From the NCBI GenBank assembly GCA_007121385.1, contig SKLV01000081.1, forward strand, positions 11,539 through 75,538: a stretch of DNA of 64,000 bases, written 5' to 3'. This DNA is from Bdellovibrionales bacterium. Its GTDB lineage: Bacteria; Bdellovibrionota; Bdellovibrionia; Bdellovibrionales; UBA1609. The translations under genes were made by a program, and so were the position numbers. Below are positions 27,415 through 35,883 of this stretch, piece after piece; the stretch's first letter is position 1; each line of letters begins with the position of its first letter. The notes under the pieces are model-generated. The model searched no databases, was not told the DNA's origin, and saw only the letters and a list, made by a program, of their open reading frames with translations.

Positions 27415-28356
27415 GTGACAGATTTAGATCCCTTTGATGAGTTTGAGTTTAAGCCACTGACAGAAGGCTTGGGTTTTCACAAAAAATCCATCAAGCTCAA
27501 GGATCAGGTTCAAAAGGCTGGTTTGGCTCAGGAGAGCTTGCCTCGCTCTTTTCCTCCCTCTCCTCCAGAGGACTCAGAGCTTTCTCCCGAGGCCTCTCCA
27601 CGTCAGACTCTTGAGCAAATTTTGATGTCTTTGGAGCGCCCGCAACCTCGGCCCAAAGCCCCTTCAACTCCCTCTCCCTCTCCGGCTCGGGCTTCTTCCT
27701 CTTCAGTCAGCGTGACTCAGCCCCTGCCGCGGGAAAGAGAAAAAAGCCAGCAGACTTTGGGAGTTGCTAGCGCCAGCATGGACCCGGTGCCGGCGATTCA
27801 GCCGCCGCTGGACTTCCCCCTGCCGGGAGCCCCCGTTCTTCCGGAAACTCCCACGAAGCCGGCACGGGTGGAACCTCCGCAACCTGATGTGGGAGTTCGT
27901 CGGGGCGCCGCCGATGCTCCAGTGAGTCGATTGGAGCCTATTTCTATGTCTTTCAGCTCGGCTTTGTTGGATCTGATTGCTGTTGTGGCTGTGAGCATGG
28001 TGTTTATGATGCTTCTTCTCACTGTTACGGAGGTCAGCTTGGCTTCTGTTTTTGCCTCAGCTCAAACAGATTTGGCCGTTCAAGTGAGCTTGGGTGTTTT
28101 ATTTTTGGCAGTGATGCAGATGTATGTGGTCATCTGTCGCAGTTTTTTTGGTCGAACTTTGGGTGAGTGGACTTTTGACTTACAGATGGGTTCGGATGAA
28201 CAGCATGAGAAAAGCGCTTATCCCCTGCGGATTTTGTGGCGTAGTTTTTTGGTTTTGGCCACGGGGGTGTTTTTGCTTCCCCTTTTGTCTTTCCTTTTTA
28301 GGAAGGATCTTCTCGCCCCTCTGACTGGCCTTCAACTCTATCGTCAGAGAATTTAG
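27415..28356 (+). CDS. RDD-family membrane protein with proline-rich N-terminal region
   Basis: The C-terminal half has TM helices and GRTLGEWTFDLQM, typical of RDD domains. GTG start. Confidence 0.55.
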   Translation: MTDLDPFDEFEFKPLTEGLGFHKKSIKLKDQVQKAGLAQESLPRSFPPSPPEDSELSPEASPRQTLEQILMSLERPQPRPKAPSTPSPSPARASSSSVSVTQPLPREREKSQQTLGVASASMDPVPAIQPPLDFPLPGAPVLPETPTKPARVEPPQPDVGVRRGAADAPVSRLEPISMSFSSALLDLIAVVAVSMVFMMLLLTVTEVSLASVFASAQTDLAVQVSLGVLFLAVMQMYVVICRSFFGRTLGEWTFDLQMGSDEQHEKSAYPLRILWRSFLVLATGVFLLPLLSFLFRKDLLAPLTGLQLYRQRI

Positions 28357-28366
28357 AGAGTCTTTT

Positions 28367-28837
28367 GTGGGTAGTGTCCTTGATCTTTCTCAGCTTCTAT
28401 CAGAGCTCCAACCCTTTCGGGGCCAGGGGCAGCGGCTTGTATTCACCAATGGGTGCTTTGATATTCTTCATGTAGGCCATGTGCGCTACTTGAAGGAAGC
28501 CAAAGCCCTCGGAGACCTACTCGTGGTGGGTATGAATTCAGACTCCAGTGTCGAGCGGCTCAAAGGTCCCACTCGGCCCATTCAGGAGGAACAGGACAGA
28601 GCCGAAATTTTATCCAGCTTGGCCTGTGTGGATTATGTTTGCCTTTTCCGGGAGGACACCCCCCTCGCCCTCATAGAGGCCCTTCGTCCCGATATTTTAG
28701 TGAAGGGGGGAGACTGGCCTGTGGAGAAAATTGTCGGGGCCCCGGTGGTGCAGAGCTATGGTGGGCAAGTGCGATCTCTGCGCTTTCACCCTGGCCGGAG
28801 CTCCTCAGACCTTATTCAAAAGCTCATTCAGCTTTAA
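28367..28837 (+). CDS. D-glycero-beta-D-manno-heptose 1-phosphate adenylyltransferase (stand-alone RfaE/HldE domain II)
   Basis: VFTNGCFDILHVGHVRYLKEAKALGDLLVVGMNSDSSVERLKGPTRPI is the cytidylyltransferase-like RfaE domain II. Confidence 0.85.
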   Translation: MGSVLDLSQLLSELQPFRGQGQRLVFTNGCFDILHVGHVRYLKEAKALGDLLVVGMNSDSSVERLKGPTRPIQEEQDRAEILSSLACVDYVCLFREDTPLALIEALRPDILVKGGDWPVEKIVGAPVVQSYGGQVRSLRFHPGRSSSDLIQKLIQL

Positions 28838-28872
28838 AAAGTCTCAGGCTCAGAGAGAGGCAGGTGGCTTGG

Positions 28873-29652
28873 CTACAGCCGAACTCCCAGTTTTGCGCTG
28901 TAAACCATGTCCTGGTAACGATCGACCTGTAGAGCCAGAAACCAAGGGCCAAAGTCGAGACTGGCTCCCACCAGACTGTGAAACTCCTGAACCGATTCGC
29001 TCAGCGAGATGGAGTTGAGAATCGTTGCATTTGAGCCATCACCCCCACTAAATGTTCCTGTGGATTGAAGATATCCAAGGCCCAAATAAATTGAGCGTTG
29101 GGGAAAGTAAACTCCCAATACAAGCAGGCCTCCTAGGGTCTGAGCAGTGAAGGAGTCTGCGTAATTCAGTTGATTGGAGTGAATGACTGCAGTGAGTTGG
29201 GTGGGGTTGAAGGAGGATTGATAAAAATTCCAGCGCAGCAGAGCTCCAAACTCACGACTGAGATGAGAACCCAGCGGAGGGCTAAAGTGAAAAAATAAAT
29301 CCACATTGCTATAAAGGCCCTTGCCCAAATGAATTCGAGTGAGGCGGAGCTCTCGAAGTAGATCTTTGGAGGCTGCCGGGCACCCCGGAGATCCAGGTGT
29401 GCAACCCATGCCGTCTAGATCAGAAGTGTCCACCAGCTGGAGAGACACTCCTGCCTCAAGGCCTTGGTAGCCCCCCAAAGGATAGGGATGGCTCAACAGC
29501 TTACTGCTGGTGTTGACTCCTAAAAGACGAGTGACCTGTCTCCGTTCCTCAGCTGTCAGCTGCTGGGGAAGTGCGGATCCCGCAGAGAGGGTCCAATGAC
29601 TTAAGAGCATAAACAATAAAAAGCTTCGCAGCACAAGGGATTGGGTCCGCAT
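28873..29652 (-). CDS. Secreted hypothetical protein, possibly an outer-membrane beta-barrel
   Basis: Signal peptide and alternating hydrophobic pattern. No motif recognised. Confidence 0.5.
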   Translation of the reverse strand: MRTQSLVLRSFLLFMLLSHWTLSAGSALPQQLTAEERRQVTRLLGVNTSSKLLSHPYPLGGYQGLEAGVSLQLVDTSDLDGMGCTPGSPGCPAASKDLLRELRLTRIHLGKGLYSNVDLFFHFSPPLGSHLSREFGALLRWNFYQSSFNPTQLTAVIHSNQLNYADSFTAQTLGGLLVLGVYFPQRSIYLGLGYLQSTGTFSGGDGSNATILNSISLSESVQEFHSLVGASLDFGPWFLALQVDRYQDMVYSAKLGVRL

Positions 29653-29687
29653 GACCTCATGATCATGACCCTAGCTCATAGAATTGT

Positions 29688-30896
29688 CTAGTCCTCCAGA
29701 TGGAGTGAGTGATATTGGCTGATGCTCACCGCAGAGCTTAAAAAGTCCTCCAGAGAAGATAAGGTGGACTGAGTCTGGAGTTGCAGTTCTTGGCTTTGAT
29801 CGCTTTGACGCCGGCTGAGCTCCCTGAGGGGTGGCAAAAAACGAGAAAAGACCATAACAGCTCTCTGAGTGAGGGGGTTGGCTTCAGAAGAGCTATTGGG
29901 GTCCAGAGCTAAGTCTCGTTCCTGAACAAAGTGAAACTGAGCGGCGATTTGGATTTGTTGAGCGGCCAGTTGCAGCACATGGGCCTGGTCAGATTGCCAG
30001 AGCACAGACTCTAGGGTGACCAAGTAGTTGAGATCTTTGTAGTAGTCTAAGCCTTGGATAAGACGGGCTCGCAAGGGAGAGTTGTAGGCCTCTTGGTTGA
30101 GAAGGTCTGCAATGCGGAGAAAGCTGGAGGAACCAGGGGTACTCACCAGAGCAATGGCGGCCAGCTGTCGGACCTCCTCTCGGGGATCCGCAAGCATTTC
30201 ATCAAGAACGGCATAAAAAACAGTGGCGCTGATTTGTCCCGACTGATACTCCGCCACAAGCTGGGTGAGGGCAGAGAAGTCAGGTTGCTGTAAAAGCAGA
30301 GCTGTCCATCTCTGCAGCTGATCCTCTAGTCCCAAAGCCTCTTCGTCTCCTTCATCTTGGTTTTCGAGCTGGGGACCTCCGCCCGTCCAAAGGTCTTCGG
30401 CAGTGGCTTCATCCTCTCGAGGGGCTCTCTTGGACTCATCCTGCAGGTTTTTTTTGGCAGTGATGGGGTCTTTATGAGGTCCGTCAGAGAGAGGGTCCTC
30501 AAGGTCTTCATCATCCCACTCATCCGTCTCAGCCCACTCGGAGTCCTCCTCAGAATCCTCCTCTTCCGCACTTTCATGGGTGAATTCAGACTTTTCAACG
30601 GGAGAGAGAGCGGAGGAAGATTCGGGGGCCTGTTGAGCGCTCGGCCTGAGGCCACTTGGTCTCAGGGCCCTTAAGCGGGACCAAGGCGAGGAATCTCTGT
30701 GACTCTGAGCTGAGGAGGGGGCCTCTCCACGGGGGCGGCTGTAAGGGACAAACTCGGTGACCGACCACAGGGAATCTCCTTCCTTCACCCCAAGGGGGGC
30801 CGAGGAAGGGCCAAAAAACCTCAGGGCGAGGATCAGCAGGGTCACTCCGACCACCACTTTTAAAATATTGGCTCTACTCCATTCAAATGACACCAA
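29688..30896 (-). CDS. Membrane-anchored hypothetical protein with hyper-acidic linker and helical-repeat C-terminus
   Basis: N-terminal TM helix, an E/D-rich stretch (EEEDSEEDSEWAETDEWDDEDLED), then a helical region. Confidence 0.5.
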   Translation of the reverse strand: MVSFEWSRANILKVVVGVTLLILALRFFGPSSAPLGVKEGDSLWSVTEFVPYSRPRGEAPSSAQSHRDSSPWSRLRALRPSGLRPSAQQAPESSSALSPVEKSEFTHESAEEEDSEEDSEWAETDEWDDEDLEDPLSDGPHKDPITAKKNLQDESKRAPREDEATAEDLWTGGGPQLENQDEGDEEALGLEDQLQRWTALLLQQPDFSALTQLVAEYQSGQISATVFYAVLDEMLADPREEVRQLAAIALVSTPGSSSFLRIADLLNQEAYNSPLRARLIQGLDYYKDLNYLVTLESVLWQSDQAHVLQLAAQQIQIAAQFHFVQERDLALDPNSSSEANPLTQRAVMVFSRFLPPLRELSRRQSDQSQELQLQTQSTLSSLEDFLSSAVSISQYHSLHLED

Positions 30897-31123
30897 GCTC
30901 TCCTTTTCTCAACAGACAAAAGGGCACAAAGTGTGCTCAACCCTCAATTTCAATTAAGTCATTGATATGGTTATGGAATTCTGAACTCTCTCCCATGAGA
31001 TTGAATTTTGACCCATGTCTGGTTTGTGGTCGGCCGGGTCACGCACTGGACAGCAAAGAAAAAAAAATCTACTCTTTTCCATGTCTTAGGGTCTTAAAGG
31101 AAAAACAGGGAGTTGTGACAAAA

Positions 31124-32068
31124 ATGGCCAAATCCAAGTCTTCCCTGCCCCCATTGTCAGAGCTGATCAAAAAAGGAGCTCGTGGGGATGAAGCGGCTCT
31201 CGCTCGGGCTTTGAGCGAATTGGAGAGGCTAGGGGCTCAGGCTCTGCACCAGGCGCCTGAGCTGCTTGAGCCCTCCCATCCCGCTTTGCGTTTGGGGCTC
31301 ACGGGGCCTCCAGGGGCTGGAAAGTCCACATTGGTGAGCCAGTTGATTCGCCACCTCCGGCAACAGGAGTTGAAGGTGGGAGTGATTGCTGTGGACCCTT
31401 CCAGTCCCATTTCCCAGGGGGCGATCTTGGGAGATCGCATTCGCTATAGCGAGCACTTTTTGGATTCGCAGGTTTTTATCCGATCCCTGGGAACTCGGGG
31501 CAGCTTGGGAGGGCTCAGCGCTTCGGCCTATTTGATGCTGAGAGCTTTTGATCTTTGCGCCTTTGATGTGGTCTTGGTGGAGACAGTGGGTGTGGGTCAA
31601 AGCGAGATGGACATTATGCATGTGGCTGATGAAGTGATGGTGGTTTTGGTGCCTGAGTCTGGGGATGCCGTGCAGGCCATGAAGGCCGGTCTTCTGGAGA
31701 TTGCCGATGTGTTTGTGGTCAATAAAGCAGATCGTCCGGGAGCCAGCAGTTTAGCTCGGGAGTTGGAACTCTCGGCACAGATGTCCGCAGAGAGCGGGAG
31801 AAAGTCGGCTGAGGTGGTGCAGACTGTGGCCACCGAAGGTCGTGGCGTGGATATTCTCGTGAATCGAGCCCTTGCGTCTTTCAACTCCCCAGAGGGCTGG
31901 AAAGCCCGAAGATCTTCTGCAGAAAGACTTCGCCATGAGGCCAAGGCTCTCTTGCGGCAGCATTGGGAGCATTGGGTCCAAAAGCAAACGGAAGGCCTAA
32001 AAAATACCAATGATTTACTTCAGCTTATTGCTTCGATGAGTTCAAATGCAAAAGATGGGATTGATTAA
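31124..32068 (+). CDS. meaB: MeaB/ArgK-type G3E GTPase (methylmalonyl-CoA mutase accessory)
   Basis: GLTGPPGAGKSTL, DPSSPISQGAILGDRIR and VVNKADR. Start set at MAKSKSS (ATG 31124); the upstream 79 codons of the ORF track look non-coding. Confidence 0.85.
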   Translation: MAKSKSSLPPLSELIKKGARGDEAALARALSELERLGAQALHQAPELLEPSHPALRLGLTGPPGAGKSTLVSQLIRHLRQQELKVGVIAVDPSSPISQGAILGDRIRYSEHFLDSQVFIRSLGTRGSLGGLSASAYLMLRAFDLCAFDVVLVETVGVGQSEMDIMHVADEVMVVLVPESGDAVQAMKAGLLEIADVFVVNKADRPGASSLARELELSAQMSAESGRKSAEVVQTVATEGRGVDILVNRALASFNSPEGWKARRSSAERLRHEAKALLRQHWEHWVQKQTEGLKNTNDLLQLIASMSSNAKDGID

Positions 32069-33038
32069 CCTGGTGAAGCTCCTGGAGCTCTTGAAGTTCT
32101 TGGAGCCGAGGTGAATTCTGTAGACAACCGAGATCTAGCAGGGCATCCACGGCCACATTGGCGGCACTGGTGAATTGGCTCTCCAGATGTGGAGCTCCCA
32201 AGGTCTGGGACCGGTTACTCCAAGAATCCCCCCAAATCACATAGCCTGAGGGAAGAACATCCACTACTGGAGGCTTGTGGAGATAGGGAGAGTAAAGGGC
32301 AAAACTGGGTGGGAGTTTTCCCTGCTGCAGAGAGGACTTCAGAGAGGGGGACAGCATAGAGCCTGAGAGCTCAAAATAAGGCTCCTTAGAGGCCCGACGG
32401 AATTGCTGAGAGTCAGTAGAGAGCTCTTGCCACACCGGCCAAACCTGAACCTTGGGGCCCCAAAGTTGAGATTGCCACTCCACTTTTAGGGCCAGCCGGG
32501 GCAAAGAGGCAGAGGGCTCAGCCTTGACCATCAGTTGATAGATCTCCCAGTCGCTGAGCCTCAGGCTCTTCAGGTCTCGGAGTTCACTATTCAATAACTT
32601 CTTTCTTTTCTGCAGCGCTCGGAGTACAGGCTGGTCTGTGAGCTTATTGGGGTTTAACCAGCTCTCCACCACAGCCACCTCTTGCAGTTCCGAGGAGAGA
32701 GACTCTATTTTTTGTTCCAAAGGCCACATTAGAGCTGCCGGCAGTTCATAAAAGGCAATTCGTCGGTGGCGATAGGGGCGTAGGCGCTCATGGAGCGTCC
32801 AAAGATGCTCTTGCAGCTCCTCTTTCATGGTGGAGATAAGATGTCCGTGTTCAGACTCATTGGGCAGAAGGAAACTGGGGCGATGGGGGATTTGCCCGTA
32901 GGAGCTGATCCATTGGCAGTAGAGGGGTCTCTGTGAGAGGGGGCGAGTGCCCTGCTCAAATCCACTCATATTGTTGGCGCCGATAGAGAAAGCGGTAAAG
33001 GTCAAAATGGCGGCACTCAGTGGCTTCAGTCGTTTCAT
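32025..33038 (-). CDS. Secreted hypothetical protein
   Basis: Signal peptide MKRLKPLSAAILTFTAFSIGA when started at ATG 33038. QELQELQEL near the C-terminus. The 3' end overlaps meaB by 44 nt. Confidence 0.5.
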   Translation of the reverse strand: MKRLKPLSAAILTFTAFSIGANNMSGFEQGTRPLSQRPLYCQWISSYGQIPHRPSFLLPNESEHGHLISTMKEELQEHLWTLHERLRPYRHRRIAFYELPAALMWPLEQKIESLSSELQEVAVVESWLNPNKLTDQPVLRALQKRKKLLNSELRDLKSLRLSDWEIYQLMVKAEPSASLPRLALKVEWQSQLWGPKVQVWPVWQELSTDSQQFRRASKEPYFELSGSMLSPSLKSSLQQGKLPPSFALYSPYLHKPPVVDVLPSGYVIWGDSWSNRSQTLGAPHLESQFTSAANVAVDALLDLGCLQNSPRLQELQELQELHQVNQSHLLHLNSSKQ

Positions 33039-33108
33039 CGCTGTCTTTATCGGTGCTTTAGGTTTCTGTCTCAATAAGACCAAAAGAGGGGATTTATAAC
33101 GCTTAGCG

Positions 33109-33135
33109 TAAAGTTCTGGACTAAAGTGCCGATAA
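33109..33135 (+). promoter_or_regulatory. Sigma-28 (FliA) promoter
   Basis: TAAAGTTC-N11-GCCGATAA, a near-perfect match to TAAAGTTT-N11-GCCGATAA. The -10 box ends 5 nt before ATG 33141. Confidence 0.8.
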
Positions 33136-33140
33136 CTTAA

Positions 33141-33479
33141 ATGATGAAATTGGCAACCTTAGGCCCCTTTGTGGCCCACCCCAAACCAGAGGACGAGGGA
33201 GAGGGGGACTTGGTACTCCAAGACCTCGCTGAGGAGGCCTCCCAGGTACCTCCTATTGCCGAAAGGGAAAAGGGTAGCTCTTTGGCCAGTGACCACTCGA
33301 CTCAAGATGACACGGAGAAGGCCTTTGTTCGTTTGGCCGATTATCTGCATAAAAAGCGGCAAAGCCAGGGGGCCAAGGTTCTCCGCTTGAGAGCGCAAAA
33401 AATAAAAAAGTACAAAGATCTTGATGATTTCGAGAGAGCGGATTGGGCTCGCCAAATGGGTTTCCATAAAAAAATTTAG
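33141..33479 (+). CDS. Small hypothetical protein (112 aa, acidic N-terminal half, basic C-terminal half)
   Basis: ORF directly behind the sigma-28 promoter with no SD, so it would be leaderless. No motif recognised, and several other frames are also open here. Confidence 0.4.
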   Translation: MMKLATLGPFVAHPKPEDEGEGDLVLQDLAEEASQVPPIAEREKGSSLASDHSTQDDTEKAFVRLADYLHKKRQSQGAKVLRLRAQKIKKYKDLDDFERADWARQMGFHKKI

Positions 33480-33498
33480 CATATGCGTCATTTTTTCC

Positions 33499-33525
33499 TA
33501 AAGTCATAACGCATTGAGCCGAATA
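33499..33525 (+). promoter_or_regulatory. Sigma-28 promoter of flagellin 1
   Basis: TAAAGTCA-N11-GCCGAATA. Confidence 0.7.
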
Positions 33526-33642
33526 GAGGTGTGACTGCTGAAACGATAACCAAAACCTTTGTGGGCACCAGGCCTATGGGGGACTTTAAAGTGGATGTGA
33601 GGCTCCACTTTGAAGGCCAGCCCCGGGCAAAGGGGGTGCTCT

Positions 33643-34473
33643 ATGTCCTATAAAGTCAATTCGGACTTTGTCACTCTGAGAGCTCAGAGACATTTGGTCC
33701 AGTCACAAAGACAAGTGGAGAAGTCCTTGGCCTCCTTAGCGACGGGAAGGAAAATCGTGCGTCCAGGGGACGATGCTGCCGGTTTTGCCATTTCAGAATC
33801 CTTACGAGGGCAGGTTTCAGGAACCCGCCAAGCTCAATCTAATGCTGAGCAGGCCATGTCCTTTATCCAGACCGCCGAAGGGGGATTGAATGAGCAGGCC
33901 AACATACTGATTCGTCTTCGGGAGCTGGCTGTCCAGTCGGCCAGTGATACGGTCAGCAATAGAGAGCGGGAATTTTTGAATATGGAGTTTGGCCAGCTCA
34001 AACAGGAGTTTGACCGCATTGCTCAGTCTACTCGTTTTGGCGAGCAGTCGCTTCTGACAGGCTCTGGAAAGAATTTTGAGTTTCATGTGGGGCCTTTTGC
34101 CGGAGGTGAGAACATTATCTCCTTCCGCCTCGATGCAGACACTTCGGGGCGCCGAGCGGGTATTTCCTCCGCGGAGGTCAACAATCAGCGGGCCGCCCGT
34201 CGGGCTATTGAGGATTTGGATCAGGCTATGGGAAAAGTGGCCGAGGTGAGAGCCCAGTTTGGCGCAGCACATTCGCGGTTTCAGTATGCAGTGGACAACT
34301 TGGCAGTTCAGACGGAGAACTTAGAGACCGCCAGGTCACAGATTGTGGATGTGGATGTGGCGGCCGAGGTCTCTCAACTCACTCGTCATCAGATAATGCA
34401 GGACATGGGGATTTCAGTGATGGCTCAGGCAAAGGTGGATGCAGCTCGGGCTGTCAGACTCTTAGGTTTTTAA
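33643..34473 (+). CDS. fliC: Flagellin paralog 1 (divergent N-terminus)
   Basis: 276 aa with GDDAAGFAISESLRGQ, IQTAEGGLNE, LRELAVQSASDT and C-terminal D0 RLLGF. ATG 33643 has an AGGGGG SD. Confidence 0.9.
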   Translation: MSYKVNSDFVTLRAQRHLVQSQRQVEKSLASLATGRKIVRPGDDAAGFAISESLRGQVSGTRQAQSNAEQAMSFIQTAEGGLNEQANILIRLRELAVQSASDTVSNREREFLNMEFGQLKQEFDRIAQSTRFGEQSLLTGSGKNFEFHVGPFAGGENIISFRLDADTSGRRAGISSAEVNNQRAARRAIEDLDQAMGKVAEVRAQFGAAHSRFQYAVDNLAVQTENLETARSQIVDVDVAAEVSQLTRHQIMQDMGISVMAQAKVDAARAVRLLGF

Positions 34474-34494
34474 TCAAATGGGCGGGCCATTAAG

Positions 34495-34533
34495 GGGGCG
34501 AAGCCTCAAAAAAGGGGACTTCGCCCCTTTTTT
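34495..34533 (+). terminator. Rho-independent terminator after flagellin 1
   Basis: GGGGCGAAG...CTTCGCCCC stem followed by TTTTTT. Confidence 0.75.
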
Positions 34534-34634
34534 ACGCCTGGCATTAGGACTTGGGTCGAAAAAATTTTTTCCTTTCTCACTTAATCATATCAAGCACTAG
34601 ACGCCTAGCGTCTTATTTTTCCTCGACTTAGGGC

Positions 34635-34661
34635 TAAAGTTCCCTGGACTAAGGCCGAGAA
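34635..34661 (+). promoter_or_regulatory. Sigma-28 promoter of flagellin 2
   Basis: TAAAGTTC-N11-GCCGAGAA. Confidence 0.7.
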
Positions 34662-34905
34662 GACTCCTGAACACGTTGGAGCACCAAAAAGGTTTTTCGT
34701 TTCAGCAGTCATTGAAGTGAAAGCCTTTCTTCTCCAGGGCAAAGGGTCAGTCACCCCTTTGCCACCTGGGGGGTCTCCAAAAACAAAATTTATTAACCCG
34801 ACAGGGATGTCATTGGTCTGTCATCAATCGGCCGGGAAGGGGCTGTGGGCAGATGGTGGACCAATCTATGCACAGGATTCGTGCAGGAAACCATTGGAGG
34901 CTACC

Positions 34906-35733
34906 ATGGGCTTAAGAATAAATACTAATCTGGCGTCGATCAACGCGCAAAGGCAGTTGACGACTCAGCAGAGTCGCTTAGAGCATTCGCAGGCTGCCTT
35001 GGCATCAGGCAGTCGCATTGTCAGAGCGTCTGACGATGCCGCCGGACTGGCCATTTCAGAAAATATTCGTGGTCAAGTGATGGGTATTCGTATGGCGCGC
35101 AACAACGCCTACAATGCTCAGTCACTGATTCAGGTCAGTGAGGGCGGACTCAATGAAATTAACAATATTTTAATTCGTCTGCGGGAGTTGGGAGTGCAAG
35201 CTGCATCCGACACCGTCAGCGATACGGAACGAGGCTTTCTCAATCTCGAAGCCCAGCAACTGGTGGAAGAGGCCAATCGTATTGCCACGTCCACTCGCTT
35301 CGGAAACCAAACTCTCTTGGATGGAGCCAATAGGCAGTTGGAGTACCATGTAGGACCCTTTGCCGGAGAAGAGAATATCATTCGCTACAATATCACAGCC
35401 GATGCCACCACAAGGACTTTAGGCATTGCCAATGTCTCCGTAGCCAGTCGAGGCAATGCACGACAGGCCTTGGAACAGGTGGATGGTGCCATTGTCAAAG
35501 TGGGAAGTCTGCGCGCCGACTTTGGTGCGGTCCAAAGTCGTCTGAACACCACAGTGAGCAACTTGGACATTCAGAATGAAAATCTGACGGCGGCTCGCTC
35601 TCGAATTATTGACGCCGATGTGGCCTGGGAGACGGCCGAAATGACTTCGGCTCAGATTCTCCAACAGGCTTCAGTGGCTGTCTTGGCCAATGCCAATCAG
35701 AACGGGGCCGCGGCACTGAGGCTCATTGGTTAG
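34906..35733 (+). CDS. fliC: Flagellin paralog 2
   Basis: MGLRINTNLASINAQRQL, SDDAAGLAISENIRGQ and C-terminal ALRLIG. ATG 34906 has a GGAGG SD; the ORF-track start 34717 lies inside the leader. Confidence 0.93.
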   Translation: MGLRINTNLASINAQRQLTTQQSRLEHSQAALASGSRIVRASDDAAGLAISENIRGQVMGIRMARNNAYNAQSLIQVSEGGLNEINNILIRLRELGVQAASDTVSDTERGFLNLEAQQLVEEANRIATSTRFGNQTLLDGANRQLEYHVGPFAGEENIIRYNITADATTRTLGIANVSVASRGNARQALEQVDGAIVKVGSLRADFGAVQSRLNTTVSNLDIQNENLTAARSRIIDADVAWETAEMTSAQILQQASVAVLANANQNGAAALRLIG

Positions 35734-35838
35734 AGGAACTAGAGAATCACTGTCAATTCCTCTGCACTGTATTCGCTCTTGTTTTTTAGGTTTTGAGTAG
35801 TTGTGCCCACAAAAAAATAGTAACTACTCTTAAGCCCG

Positions 35839-35872
35839 CCCTGGGGAGCCTCACAGCCCCCGGGGTTTTTTT
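35839..35872 (+). terminator. Probable terminator after flagellin 2
   Basis: CCCTGGGG-loop-CCCCCGGG imperfect stem followed by T7. Confidence 0.55.
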
Positions 35873-35883
35873 CTTATAAAACC

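Noticed and set aside
30887-31123. 79-codon N-terminal extension of the meaB ORF
   Set aside because: It is Cys/Pro-rich with no MeaB similarity and overlaps the divergent gene's start region. The MeaB-like sequence begins at ATG 31124.
32075-32105. Short imperfect 9-nt tandem repeat (ctcctggag/ctcttgaag/ttcttggag)
   Set aside because: It simply encodes the QELQELQEL stretch at the C-terminus of the 32025-33038 protein. It is not a CRISPR- or VNTR-like array.
33039-33062. CACCGATAA on the minus strand just upstream of the 33038 gene as a sigma-28 -10 box
   Set aside because: There is no TAAAGT-like -35 element at the required 11-12 nt spacing. It is probably fortuitous.
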